Source: Eledone cirrhosa (Eukaryota). From it: a DNA stretch of 64,000 nucleotides. The DNA lies in the NCBI GenBank assembly GCA_964016885.1, contig OZ024740.1, forward strand, positions 232,190,001 through 232,254,000. Reading direction: 5' to 3'. This document shows positions 1-13,536 of the stretch, one piece after another (the stretch's first letter is position 1; the number at the start of each line of letters is the position of its first letter). Under the pieces are notes generated by a model, which did no database searches, was not told the DNA's origin, and saw only the letters and a program-made list of their open reading frames with translations. The position numbers and the translations under genes are program-made.

Positions 1-33
<33 letters not shown>

Positions 34-40
34 CGTACGT

Positions 41-783
41 TATTACTCTAATGCCCGGCCTTATTGAGTGCTTTGCTGCTCATTCCTAATTGTAGGTCGT
101 TTTGATTGACCATAACCAAAGCTTCGATTTAACTAAGCTTCCACTTGTATTATTATCTTTATTATCTTTCTAGACCTAATAATTAATTAATTAATTTAAT
201 TAGACAATTCTATTGATTGGTTAATTATTTATGTTTGTTTAATAACGTCTAGTCGAGAGCTTTTCATTCGGAAAGTGGAACGGAATTATTTCCTTTTGTT
301 CACATTTTGGATTTGCACGCCAAAAACCGGGGGTTACTTCCCTTGTTGGAAATAACACGTGACAACGAAACACTGAATGCTGCCTATTGTAGCAGTCGTC
401 TGGCGTTGCAGTCCACACCGACTTGAGGCATAGAACGAAATAGCTGTTGATGACGTGATTCCTTTGTTCGATCATAAAATGCCACAAGCTTGCATATTAC
501 GTAAGTTGGATTGAGGATATCGGATTAATAGAAACACATCGGACGTATTCCAGAATATCGTTCGAATATCGGTCGAGGTCTGTTGTCTAACGTGATTAGT
601 TTTTTCGTTTTGGTATTGTATGGCTGGGTTTACCTACCGCAATTTTCAATTTGTCAAGCTGTGTAAACATATATTATTACTCTAAGGCCCGACCTTATTG
701 AGTGCTTTGCTGTCATTCCTAATTGTAGGTTGTTTTGCTTGCCCACAGCCAAAGATTTGATTTTACTAAGCTTGCAGTTGTAT
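41..783. repeat. Pair of ~110 bp diverged direct repeats (41-150, 675-783) around a ~520 bp non-coding spacer, in TA-microsatellite context; LTR- or pLTR-like remnant
   Basis: TATTACTCTAA.GCCCG.CCTTATTGAGTGCTTTGCTG...ACTAAGCTT.CA.TTGTAT occurs twice; no ORF; family unknown. Confidence 0.55.
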
Positions 784-933
784 ATATATATATATTATTG
801 AATATAAAAGAAAAACGAACACAGATATATACATATATGTGTTCACATCGTAAGGGACCAGATTCGCGTTATTATATATACGCACACTATTCAGTTTTTT
901 AATATACTTAGAAGTGTCCAGGATAATAATTCT

Positions 934-1013
934 TCACCCACTGATGAGCAATAATTGGTATTCCTCTTCACAATTAATTTTGCGAAACAGCAGTACCAAA
1001 GGTGCCTGGGTGA
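934..1013 (+). ncRNA. Degenerate type I hammerhead ribozyme lacking the NUH cleavage triplet
   Basis: TCACCCA-CTGATGA-GCAA...TTGC-GAAAC-AG...CTG-GGTGA; stems I and II pair, UH missing. Confidence 0.55.
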
Positions 1014-1149
1014 TTGGTAGTTACCACAATTCCGGTTTGTATTTATTTTCTTGATTTATTCTTAAATTGAGTCTGGCAAACCCTATTGTCTATATTTAGT
1101 ATTCTTTTCACCTTAGCGAATCTGGTCCCTTACGATTTGAACACATATA

Positions 1150-1500
1150 TGTATATAGGAGTTTTCTGAATGTCCTCTCCCACCGTACCATAAATAGATT
1201 GGCAAGCTATGCTGACGCCAATGGCTGCTCCTTCATTCTGGGTGTAGATCTTTTCATTATACTTAAACATATGGCCCTTTATGGTAGTTTTAATACTAGA
1301 CCCTGTTGCATATGCGACCATTTTTCTCACCTGATCATTATTTTGGGGTGTCCGTTTGGCTTTGGTCCTTCCATTCCATCTTCGCATGGGAGTCCTTTTA
1401 GCCATTGAAGTTATAGGGGGTGGGTCTACCTCTTATAGGTCTACTGGGCAGGAAACAGCCAAGGTCATGATGATTAGCTAGGTACTCGGTGTCATAAGTA
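1150..1500 (-). mobile_element. Penelope-like element RT fragment (same family as 52700-54240)
   Basis: HMFKYNEKIYTQNEGAAIGVSIA is a PLE RT motif B region; YTQNEGAAIGV recurs at ~52724-52756. Confidence 0.7.
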
Positions 1501-1502
1501 AG

Positions 1503-1520
<18 letters not shown>

Positions 1521-1564
<44 letters not shown>

Positions 1565-2490
1565 GGGGTGTGTGTGGGTGTGTCTGTGTGTGTGTTTCCG
1601 AATAACGTTCTCCAAATTTGGCACAAACATGCGTTATGCACCTGACCTTCGTACGAACTTATTACATCTTCAAATTACATCTGCGCCCTCTATAAGAGAA
1701 AAACCGACTTTAAAAAAATCATTTTTGTTAATAACTTGTACAGTTTAGATCCGATTACCTTCAAATTTGGAACAAACGTGCATTATCTTTCCGACTTTAT
1801 TTTGGACTCGTAACATTTTGTTTAGTGCATACCCTGGACTAGAAAAAAGATTCCTTCAAATTTGGAACAACTATGCCTCATATACCAAACTTTATTTTGG
1901 ACTAACCGATTTTTCGAGATTTTATCTAGTTTGGGCCCTGTGTGAGAAAAACTAAATTTAAAAAAAAGTATCGACGTCAACAACTACAATTTGCGGCCAA
2001 TTTTATTCAAATTTGCACCAATTATGCATTGTGTTCCGTTTAATATTTTTTACTCATAAAATCTTAGTTGTTCTGCCTATTGTAGCCCCTAGCAGCGGAA
2101 AATCAACTCAAACGGCCACCTAAATTGCATGGTTTACTGCTTGATCCAGGCGGGTTTATCGATTTTCCCCCACTGGCATAGCACATGATGCACAGATGTT
2201 TAGTATAAAGGGCGCATTTCATAAGACATCGGTTGTATCAGAAAAAGCTTATTTGGTGAAAAAGAGTCAGAACGGATCCATTGAAAAAGTCCCCGCCAAC
2301 GGTAAGCAACAATAACACCGGGTCTTACTGGTTTATTTTTTTCACCAAAGAAATAGGGCACAAACTACAACCTATGTATCCGCTTAATGTGCGCAACTCA
2401 CAATCATATTTGATTTTTTATTTATACGTGTTACTACACATTTGAAGTTTAATTTTTCCAATCCCATACTACGCTGGGCTCCACTGGTAG
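1521..2490 (+). mobile_element. Non-autonomous Helitron (degenerate)
   Basis: 5' TCTATATA..., internal CAAATTTGG.ACAA repeats, 3' hairpin CCCATACTACGCTGGG then GTAG (CTAG variant) followed by T. Confidence 0.55.
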
Positions 2491-2708
2491 TATATATATA
2501 ATACAAATTATATGTGTTTTTGAACAATGAAAATAAAAGGAAAATCAGATGTATATTATTAAGAGTACGTTTAACAACTTATATTTGACTTTTGTTTTAC
2601 TTTCATTTTCAAAATACATATAATTTTATGACTGCTGCCTGTCTTCATTCTTCGAAGATACTTTATTCGACCGGTTCCTACCAGAAAACCTTAACGCCTA
2701 AAAGTGTA

Positions 2709-2764
<56 letters not shown>

Positions 2765-2789
2765 TGTGTGTGTGTGAGTGTATATATAC

Positions 2790-2881
<92 letters not shown>

Positions 2882-3608
2882 AAATGCGTGTGATCCTTGG
2901 TACATTTAGGTGTATTTGAAAAACAGGAAATGAATGACTTCACTTTAGTTTTATAATTTTAAAATTTTATAGTATTGCTATTTTATAGTATTGCTATGTA
3001 GAACTAATAAGTCCTTTCTTAACTTCGAGGAAATGTTTTTAAAATATCCTGGATAACTTTCTGGATAATCTTCTTGTATTCGTCGGGGGCGATTGTCAAA
3101 CTGATCTAATGTTAAAATGTGTTGGTGTCTATATAAAGAATTGGTGTGTATGTTTTGGGAAGCTTCTCCACACACACACCCAAATTCATTGTAATGATTG
3201 GCCGAAATAATTATATATATATATATGTGTGTAAAATTTAAATGTAATTATTGTTGATGGGTTCACTAAAGGTGAGAAATCGTACAAGTTTTCTGGGGTC
3301 TGTAACCGTACCTCCATTAGAAATATTACCCTTACCTATTAATGCTCTCCATTGATTGCCACAAAGATACGTTTGAAATTAATTTTGTATCTCATATTCC
3401 CATTATTTTTTTTACTACTATTATTTTGTGCGCAGAATTGGGAAATCCTTAGAGCGTCGGACATAAGACTTGCGGCATTTGGTAATGCCTCATTACACCC
3501 TGAGTTCAAATCCAGCCGAGGTCAACTTTGCTTTGCATATTTTTGGAGCAGATAAAACATAGTATAGTCACCTAGTGAAACCAATGTATAAATATATATA
3601 TACAGAGA

Positions 3609-3653
<45 letters not shown>

Positions 3654-3864
3654 GGATAGCAAGAGAGGGAGAGAGAGAGAGAGATCAGGGTTACCAGTTT
3701 TAAACTATATAGTAGAGGTCTCGTTACTTGTGATAGTACGGTGTAAATATATTAAACTGTCGGGGCGCGACCGTTAAGCTCTTGCTGCTTGGACACCTAA
3801 TTGCAGACTTAAAATTTGCTGCCGAAACGGCAAAATCTTACCCATCGGATCCCGGATTTCTAAT

Positions 3865-3976
3865 TATAACACATGTTAATTGCTCTGGTTTCTTCTTAGT
3901 CCATTGAGCGCTAGCCGGCTATCTCGAAGATTGCGTTTCGTTTTGTTTTGCCCACCGCCGAAATACAATCTCGATG

Positions 3977-3981
<5 letters not shown>
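3865..3981 (+). repeat. Short TA-flanked interspersed repeat, family A (also 16462-16626 +, 32697-32862 -)
   Basis: Shared ATAACA.ATGTT.ATTGCTCTGGT...GTCCAT.GAGCGCT.GCC...CCGCCGAAATAC sequence. Confidence 0.6.
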
Positions 3982-4030
<49 letters not shown>

Positions 4031-4058
4031 ATGATATTAAATAAATGGAAACCATATT

Positions 4059-4118
4059 TATTCTATTATATATATTTCAAGGGTACCAAACTTTGGTACG
4101 CTCTCATCAGATAAAATA
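4059..4118 (-). ncRNA. Minimal type I hammerhead ribozyme, intact core, AUA cleavage triplet
   Basis: Reverse complement reads UAUUUUAU-CUGAUGA-GAGCGUACCAAAGUUUGGUACCCUU-GAAA-UAUAUAUA-AUAGAAUA; 8 bp stem I, long stem II, palindromic stem III. Confidence 0.8.
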
Positions 4119-4334
4119 CAAAGTTTGTTTTATAAATATTGACATATCTAGGAATAAGATCTTAACAGTTCAAGTTTTTCCAGAACACACACATATATAG
4201 AGATATTTTTCACTGCTACAAGGGATTAATCCCCTTTCTTGACCGGTGTATCGCGTGATAGAGTCTCCCTCCGCCTTTCTGAGATTTTCTCGCATGCTTC
4301 GGACGTATATAGTTAGGCCTCTTCCCTGAGGTGC

Positions 4335-4425
4335 TCCCTTGATAAGCTGGCTTACATCAAAACAATGTTACATATCTATGACATAACATTTTTCCATAGT
4401 GACCAGCGAAACTGTACAGTCGGGA
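4335..4425 (+). ncRNA. Type I hammerhead ribozyme, U3-A8 variant core, GUC site at 4419-4421
   Basis: TCCC-TTGATAA-GCTGG-(52 nt insert)-CCAGC-GAAAC-TGTACA-GTC-GGGA. Confidence 0.8.
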
Positions 4426-4927
4426 CCAAAGAAAAAATAGGTATATTGTATCTATTATTTCTTTTTACAATATTTTACATAACTCTGATATTGTGTCAAT
4501 TTAATTATTTCGATTATCTTGTCTCATAATCATAGAGCAACACTGGTTAAGGTCGACAACATACAATCTCACATACTTGTGAAAAATATATGTTTATATA
4601 TACATGTATATGTATGTATACACATATATCTGTATACCTAAAGTAGAAACAATTATTGTCTCTAACTCCCTCACGGTAGAGTAACCACGGAAGTATAGTG
4701 ACTGCTTTCAAGCAAACACTATATACACTTCTAGTCAACCTTACCACCCTTCTGTAGCCTATGTATCATATCAATATCGCCCTCCGCCTTCTGAGATATT
4801 TTTCACTGCTACAAAGGATTAATCCCCTTTCTTGACCGGTGTATCGTGTGATAGAGTCTCCCTCCACCTTTCTGAGATTTTCTCGCATGCTACGGACGTA
4901 TGTAGTTAGGGCTCTTCCCTGAGGTGC

Positions 4928-5018
4928 TCCCTTGATAAGCTGGCTTACCTCACAACAATGTTACATATCTATGATATAACATTCTTGCATAGTGACCAGC
5001 GAAACTGTACAGTCGGGA
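4928..5018 (+). ncRNA. Type I hammerhead ribozyme, U3-A8 variant core, GUC site at 5012-5014
   Basis: Second copy; core and stems I-III identical to the first, substitutions only in the stem II insert. Confidence 0.8.
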
Positions 5019-5063
5019 CTAAAGAAAAAGATAGGTATATTGTATCTATTATTTCTTTTTATA

Positions 5064-5110
<47 letters not shown>

Positions 5111-5595
5111 CGCAGTATACATGCATAAAACGATATGTTTAACTACATAATCTATTTTTCAGAGATACGGGGTTCGATTCCTAGCAGGCGTATCTTCACT
5201 TTTTTTCCATCCACAGGAGAACTGTTTATTGTGATAGGTTTATATTACTCTCATCTTCTGCGATGATACGTTAATATTTCATATATATATATATCATAAT
5301 GGATTTTATGATATGTAAAAACTGAATGTGTTTGTGATAGAGTGAAGGAGATGCTATGTCTGTACGTGTGGATGTTTGTGCGCACGTCTATGTGTCTGTG
5401 TGTGTGTGGACATGATATGCGTTGTTGTGTTTCTTCCTTTATCAGTCAGGGCTGTTCAGAGATCAGAGGTGACTCAGCTAGGCTTGTGAAAAGACAAAGA
5501 AAACACACACGCACGCACACGCACGCACACGCACACGCACACATACGCACGCACACACACACACACGCACACACACACACGCACGCACACACACG

Positions 5596-5647
<52 letters not shown>

Positions 5648-6350
5648 CACACACACACACACCACCACCACCAGAAACAACAACAACAAAATAATAATAT
5701 AAAACAAACATACAGATATTTTTTATTTTTCCAAAAAGAAAAAAAAGGTACATAGAATGACGGCGCTTGCTTATGGGTAGACTGAAAGAGGTTTAGATGT
5801 AAATGCAGAGGTACTGGGTATGTAGGATGAGGTGATATGTGGCTGAATCTAACCAGAGTGAACAGACAAGTAACCCATTCATTGTACAACCATATCTCTG
5901 CGTAAAACAATATATACACACAATCGTGCTCCCCTCTCATACAAACGTCAGTAAAAGCTGGTAGAGAGCGAACCAACTGTATTTTAAGATTTTAATTGAA
6001 CTGACACTAACTTCAGAGCAAATGGGAGACTGAAGGTGTTGTGGAGTAGCCGATGTGGGTGTGGTGGACATGGGCACCATAATGCTTTATTTGCATTTTA
6101 TGTTGTTTTTTTCTCTGTATTTTTTTCCTTCTTTTTCATATTAATTTGTTGCTGTTGTTATTATTTCAGTTTTTCTGTTTTATTTTGTTCGTTTGAGGTG
6201 GGTGTTAGAGGTTATCTGTGAGACAAACCCTATCAGACGAAAAGAGAAAGAAAAGAAATGGCAACAATACAACCCACATGTTATTTGTCAGCTTACTAGG
6301 ATAGTTATACACACACACACACACACATACACACACGCACACACACGCAC

Positions 6351-6421
<71 letters not shown>

Positions 6422-6829
6422 CGCGCACACACACACACACACACACACACATGTTTATTTGTTTGTGTCAGAAAAAGAATAGCCTTCTTCTGTCCGCACA
6501 TAGATTAGTAGCTTATAACTATTTATGGTCTATACAAACCAAGATTTAGCTAAATAGGTAAGTCTAATTTGCCTCACAAATTTGTTTACTTTTTACACCA
6601 CGGTAACATTGTATGTTTATTAAAACAATTTAACATTCCATTTCAAATTATCCAAACACATCCAAATTATGCAGTGCACCAAGAATTTATTAACTGTTTC
6701 TATCGCATGCAATGTTATGCAAATTAGTTAGACTAGATTAACTACCTTCTAAATTGTATACACCAAAAAACAACTATAAGCCTCTCTGTCAAATGAAATT
6801 GAGTACATGTTTCTGTGTTGAAGATGTAA

Positions 6830-7370
6830 CAATATTGTGATGAAATCTAGCAAATCATGTGGTGAAATTTCCGGTGCAGTCGGATCGTACTGTAATATTG
6901 GGATAACGTGCACAGTAGCTCGTTCGGCTTCATCCGTCTTATCAGTTGCAAGGCGAAAAAAGAAAATCTTAGCTATAGAAATGTGCAGCAAAATTAGCGT
7001 GACAATCTCAGGAAATATGTTAACGGGTATAAGGTAGAACATATTATGAAGACTTCCAAAACACTTTTGAAGAATTAGCGTTTATAACATCATCATATCC
7101 ACGGATATAAACATAGTCAAGTGTTACATACACTTATATTAGGGATAATATAAAGCATATGGAAAAACGCAATATAAAATATGTATATGAACAGAAATTC
7201 CAGGCATCCTCCTATCATCTTCACGAACCTCATTGAAAATTTAAGTGAACGAATTTCTAATAGGTCTTCATAACATACAGCATTTTAGCAGATCAATTAG
7301 TTAATTTCATAGAACTTTAGTTAATACTGGTTTTAAAGAAAGAATTACTTCTATACCCAATGAGAAGCAA
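6830..7370 (+). mobile_element. Highly degraded PLE RT/thumb remnant (related to 14662-16400)
   Basis: ~7188-7285 translates MNRNSRHPPIIFTNLIENLSERISNRSS, matching VNFKSNHPTNIKNAIVSNIGKRISNLSS of the 15.6 kb ORF. Confidence 0.55.
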
Positions 7371-7542
7371 ATTTTGTGCAACAAAAATATAACTATCATA
7401 GAAATAATTTAGTCTCTTATAACATCACAAAATTCTCACCTTGTCTACACTCGAACACGGCACAACTAAAGCTGTCAAAGTCGCTCTATAATGTCGGCCA
7501 AATAATTTCTGATAATTTCTCCTAGATACCCTTTATATCGCA

Positions 7543-8770
7543 CTAGCAGTAAAGCCCGGCGTTGCTCGGGGTCGCTCAGTAGCTGTGTTAAAGTTACAAT
7601 GTTAAGTTTCTTTCTTGGCTTAAAAACTGTAGTGTCTACTGTGCAGACTTGCATGTGGTGTTTTTGATTAATATTCCCTCAACCAACAATATGCCTTATG
7701 AAGTTAAGAAAACATAACGATAACCCGAATGTTATAACAAAAGAGGATGCTGGGGATAGAAACTGCACTGGTTATTTATTAACAAAGATCGAAAATGTAA
7801 ACACTGCAACGCAGAGAAAAACATTAGCGTAACCAAATTATCAGTTATGTCTGTCTGCACGCCTATATCACCTCTCTGCACGACTGTCTGTCTGCACGCC
7901 TATATCACCTCTCTGCACGACTGTCTGTCTGCACGCCTATATCACCTCTCTGCACGACTGTCTGTCTGCACGCGTATATCACCTCTCTGCACCAACCAAC
8001 AATATGCCTTATGAAGTTAAGAAAACATAACGATAACCCGAATGTTATAACAAAAGAGGATGCTGGGGATAGAAACTGCACTGGTTATTTATTAACAAAG
8101 ATCGAAAATGTAAACACTGCAACGCAGAGAAAAACGTTAGCGTAACCAAATTATCAGTTATGTCTGTCTGCACGCCTATATCACCTCTCTGCACGACTGT
8201 CTGTCTGCACGCCTATATCACCTCTCTGCACGACTGTCTGTCTGCACGCGTATATCACCTCTCTGCACGACTGTCTGTCTGCACGACTGTCTGTCTGCAC
8301 GCCTAACGACGAAATATTTGCTTGTTTTACGTAGTCTTTAAATAGACTTGTTTTCAAGTAAAAATATTGTTTTAAAATGCTTTTAAATGGAAATGAAGCA
8401 AAACGGAAGCTTAGTGTTCGAACTGATGAATTTTGCAGGTCAATATTTTGCTGGCTCGACAACTGTCTGTTCGTGTATTGTGTTAATGTCATTTTAAACG
8501 CTGAGAAAGCCAGCGTAATTTTTTACGTAAGACGCTCAATGTAAACAGAACAAAGGGAAATAACTGATAACTTACGCTCAAAAATCGATACATTATATTC
8601 GATTTCGTCACATAGGGTGGGTCAATTTGAAATTTATTTTTTCCGATGTCTTCGCTAGGGCTCAATGTACAAGTATAGCAATTTCGGTGCAATTCCGTGA
8701 GAGATTCTAAGAGGAGATGTGTGCCAAAAATCGATAGACAGACAGACAACCACAGTTTTATATATATAGA
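7543..8770 (-). mobile_element. Non-autonomous Helitron
   Basis: Minus strand starts TCTATATATATAAAAC and ends in hairpin CCCGAGCAACGCCGGG then CTAG; inserted between A and T. Confidence 0.8.
7681..8304. repeat. 313 bp tandem duplication containing a 37 bp minisatellite, inside the Helitron
   Basis: AACCAACAATATGCC at 7681 and 7994; unit CTGTCTGTCTGCACGCCTATATCACCTCTCTGCACGA. Confidence 0.9.
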
Positions 8771-9018
8771 TTATCAATTGTATTCACAAAAACTAAGATT
8801 TCTCTTTAGCGCCATGATTTAGTATAGCTTTGTCAATTGCTGACCTTCTACTAAACACAAATAAGTGCTCTATTGGAGTACATATGTGACCGCAATCGGT
8901 AAATACAATAACATCATAAACCTCATCAGGATTGTGGCTACTCAACTAATTTTCAATTATTCTCTCGCCAAACACAGTTGCTGACATGTGTTTTTTGCTC
9001 TTCCCTTCTCTCTCGCTC

Positions 9019-9099
<81 letters not shown>

Positions 9100-10904
9100 C
9101 ATCTATCATTATACAATGCCTCTAAACTTTCTACTTTCTACACCAATGCTTTCCTAGCCCAAGCTACGAATTTCTCCTCTTCCCGCCACTACTGCCATAT
9201 CTCGCATGCCACTAATCATTTATCCCTAGAGCTACAACTTCCAATAATTCGTTCTCTGTTGATATATAGACAGCAGGGGCAAACTTTCAGATGATGTTAA
9301 AGTTGAATGATTATCGCATTAAACTTTCCAGCCTGTACATACCTAATCGGGCATGTCTTTGATGAAAGACTCTCACCCATGACTATTCTATCTTTTATTT
9401 CAAATATTGTGTATCTATGAGTACATTATCCAACCATGAAAGTCATTTCAATCGAAACTTCCTTGGTTTAAAAAACAAAACAAAAATACAAACAAAGTCT
9501 TCCAATGAATACGTTATCCAATATGTTCCTTCTTTTGTAACAGGTGTAATTTGAGAGGGATTGCGTTGCTACTCCTAATAGTCAGAAGACCATATAACGG
9601 CTTTCATTTTGGTTAATTTCCTGGTGATAAAGATACGATATAAACAATTGCACTAAAGGTCTGCACTCCAATAATTAGAAGCTGTTGATCCAGTTTCAGA
9701 AATAAATATTCTGTGAACTAATTTTTAAAATGATTTTATTGATTAGGAATGTGTTATAACTAATTAGTGAAAATATCGGCATTTTAAGCGCTTTCATGGA
9801 ACTTTCTTGCAGATCCTTGCTCACATCACTAAAGGATATATATATATGCATCATATTACTAGTTCTTCACATTTTAATTACAACAAATTACACATGTATA
9901 TATTTATGTTTGAATGTTATCTAGTTTTACATGCGTTAACATCATTCGTAATTAATAGTTTACCTAGCATATTCATTTAGAATTGCAGTTATGACCTTAA
10001 ATTTTTAATTATTCCTTTATATATACCGAAAATACTTTTACTGGCTTTTCTGCGCAAAACCATCGGGTAATTGTAACAGTTGTTTGTCTTTGTACGAGGA
10101 AAATTAGTAGTTTTGGAGGAAGATGTAGATGCAGGTATGGTTACGTGTTTAAGACGTTTACTTCGCAAGTCAATAATTTCAGTTTCAACCTCTCTGCATG
10201 GCGACCTCAGCGGATATCTTTTACCATAGGCTCGAGTTGACTACGGCCTCATGAACAAAATTGCTAATCAGAAACACTGTGAAAGCCAGTGTGAGATCAG
10301 TATTTGACTAGTACTTCTATTATAAACACCTCCAGTTAAAAAGAGTACAAAATACCGGGTTTATTCTGTAACATTTAGAAATCAAAACGTAAATGGTACA
10401 ACTAAATGCAACCAAATATTTACCTCCAAATCTGACATTCACTACCCTAATGATAACACTAATGATTTCCAAACTTCTATTCTGAGTAATGGGGTTTTCC
10501 TCATTAAATAAATGTAATCAGCCCCAATCCTTCACTGGTATTAATTCTGCAAAGCGTTGGACTGGTAGATTTGTGAAAGCGTTGGAAAAAAATGACTTGT
10601 GATATTTGTCTCAGGTTTTAACGTTCTAATTATAAATGCTGTTGGGACCATCACTGCTTTTCTACATTCCGGAGTCGATAAACTAATGTCTTACATAAGT
10701 TCAATCAAGTTATGGAGTTGACCTTTGCCAACATGTAATAATACAGTAGAACTTAGATCTACACCCAACCGAGATGTCTGAGGATAGGTGATATGACACA
10801 GGTTGGGGCACACTCAGCTTGCATCAATATATGCTATCCATAAGGTCCTGTATTACTGCTACAACACACATGCTGATGTGAACACATATGCACAGAGCCT
10901 AAAC

Positions 10905-11028
<124 letters not shown>

Positions 11029-11605
11029 CTGCCTATCTATCTATTACGTAGCTAGCTATATATTTATATATAAGCCACTTTTCTCTGCTTCTATATCTGC
11101 CCCCCCCCCCACACACCTCCTCTCTCACACACACAGTGCTTCTCTTAAAATGGACCCCATTGAAAAAAGATAACGTAAAAAACTGTCCAGGTTAGCGTAC
11201 GTGAGCCTTCTCAGTGCATCAATGGCTGAAAACTGGTGCAATAGTTAGTAATAGATTCCATTAAAGGCACTCAATATGTTAAAATGTGTGTATCACACAG
11301 TCTCTGTCTACCAAGTTTCATTCACAATAATTTAACATCCTAGTCTATGGCAAAAATCACTTGCCTATGGTGCCCTGCAATGAGATCCAATCCGAAACTC
11401 CGTAGTTTTGGAGCGATAGTTTTAATGACATAGCCATGCCCGCATAGAGAGATGAAATCGAAACTGAAGCCCTACATTTTCAGAGAAGTGTATAATCGAT
11501 TTCATCAACAGCAATACTTGACTTAAGCTTTATCGATGATAGAAAAATGAATTACATAACTGATATCCATGAAATTTTAACCCGAAATGTTAAAAAGAAT
11601 AATCA

Positions 11606-11801
11606 CAGACCTGCCAACCTCTAAAAACCCAACCGGGGTGTACCATGAAAATAAAAGTGCCTGAAAATGGGGATAAATGAGGCAAAATGGGGAGATTTTA
11701 CATAAGGAAAACTATATCCATTTTAACAAATATGCGGAGAGGGGAGAAATGAGCCAAAACGGGGAGATCTTGCCGTTTGATGGGGAGAGTTAACAGGTCT
11801 G
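11606..11801. mobile_element. MITE with CAGACCTGCCAAC TIRs and probable 6 bp TSD
   Basis: CAGACCTGCCAAC...GTTAACAGGTCTG; flanks TAATCA/TAATCG; homologous to 18526-18678. Confidence 0.75.
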
Positions 11802-12009
11802 TAATCGTATAATACTGATTTGTCCTTTAGTATTCTCTATGAGTGGTGTATAAACGCTCTACCCAAAATCTCCATCATAATTTCTGAACCCAGCACGAAA
11901 TTTAAGGAAGTTCAGCGCTAACCGGGTTCTTGCTAAGAACATGGTTTCAACGAAATATCCACGTCATCCACATATAGACTATTCATGATATCGCTCGCGC
12001 GCCTATAAT

Positions 12010-12196
12010 TGTTTCTACGTTAGGCACAAGGCCAGCAAATACCCAGTGCATTACTGGTACTTTATTTTATCGACCCCGTAAGGATGAAAGGCAAAGTTAA
12101 CCTTGGCGGGATTTGAACTCAGAATGGCAAGGGCAGTAACTCTATACGTCAAAGCATGGCGTCCGACCCTCTACCAATACTGCCAATCCACCGCCC
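12010..12196 (-). mobile_element. tRNA-derived SINE (family 1), full length
   Basis: A box TGGCAGTATTGG, B box GAGTTCAAATCC, central GCCTTTCATCCTTACGGGGTCGATAAAATAAAGTACCAG; 18 bp TSD 11992-12009/12202-12219. Confidence 0.9.
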
Positions 12197-13013
12197 TCCT
12201 CCGCTCGCGTGCCTATAATGTTAGATATAATGTTTATTAAATACGATTAGATACGTTTCTAAATAATAAATGTTTATAATGACAATAATGATATAATGAT
12301 TATATTGCAGTAAATTATATGATTGTTTAATATTGGAATAGACATATTTAAAACAGCGTAGCACGAGGCAGTGGGAAGAGAAAGCGTAAGAGAGACAAAG
12401 AGAAGAAAGGAAATACGTGGATATAGGGAAAGACATACAGAGAGGAGATAAAAAGTGAGAGTGATACATGAATTGTTAAGGGAAAAGAGAAGTATAGACA
12501 AATGTAGAAAAGACAAAATAAGAAATAGAAGTGGGGAGTGAGAGAAGGGGGCTTGGGAGAAAGAGAGAGTGAAAGAAAGAGACAGACAGTCAGACATGAA
12601 AGAGAGACGTAGCTTTGCAGTTCTAACAGCGGTGAGGTTACGTAAACCAGAAGCCTTGACAGGAAGTCGGATTTCTGCTTGTCTCAGGAGACCGCTTATG
12701 TCAAAGCATGAACAAAGAGATAAGCTTTATCTCCCTTGATTGCTATCCTCCGCCCTGGTCGAATAAGCTATCAAAACGAGAAGATTAGCCCTACGGTTAA
12801 CGGAAACTAAACAGTGAGTGGAAATAAAGTTAAAAACTGTGCTAATTGCATTAGAACGAATATTTTGTGTTATCAGAACGGCAGTAAAATGGCCACATAG
12901 TACAGACATACACAGAAAGGCTCTCACGTATACACAAACACAGAGGAAAAAAAATATATATATATACACACATACATATAAACATACATATATATAAGTA
13001 TGTACATGTGTAT

Positions 13014-13082
<69 letters not shown>

Positions 13083-13400
13083 AGGCACACTCATACATAT
13101 GTACATATACTCACCCAAGACATGCACCATACATATACAGACATCTACACGTACCGACACGCTGGTATATTCATAAACACAGGAACATACTGAAATCTAC
13201 AGAGACACACATGCGTACATTGGCACCTACACGCATACAAGAAAAACCGAACATCACTCATAGTAGAATATGTTGTATATATATAACATACCAATCATAT
13301 ATGTATGTATTAAAAAACAATACACATACATTTAAATGTATAAAAAAAAATTACACCCACATGCGCGCGCAGTAAGACACTCCAACATTCACTCCAATGC

Positions 13401-13536
<136 letters not shown>

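Larger units (their letters stand above)
4201..5070 (+). mobile_element. ORF-less retrozyme-like or PLE partial-tandem unit: two ~278 bp direct repeats (4201-4478, 4794-5070), each with an HHR
   Basis: Near-identical repeats with a 593 bp period, TA-flanked, no coding capacity. Confidence 0.75.

Noticed and set aside
7848-8304. 37 bp repeats resembling a CRISPR array
   Set aside because: Head-to-tail with no unique spacers, eukaryotic Helitron context, no cas genes
8423-8429. CTGATGA heptamer (also 20683-20689)
   Set aside because: No stem II, GAAA or UH arrangement follows
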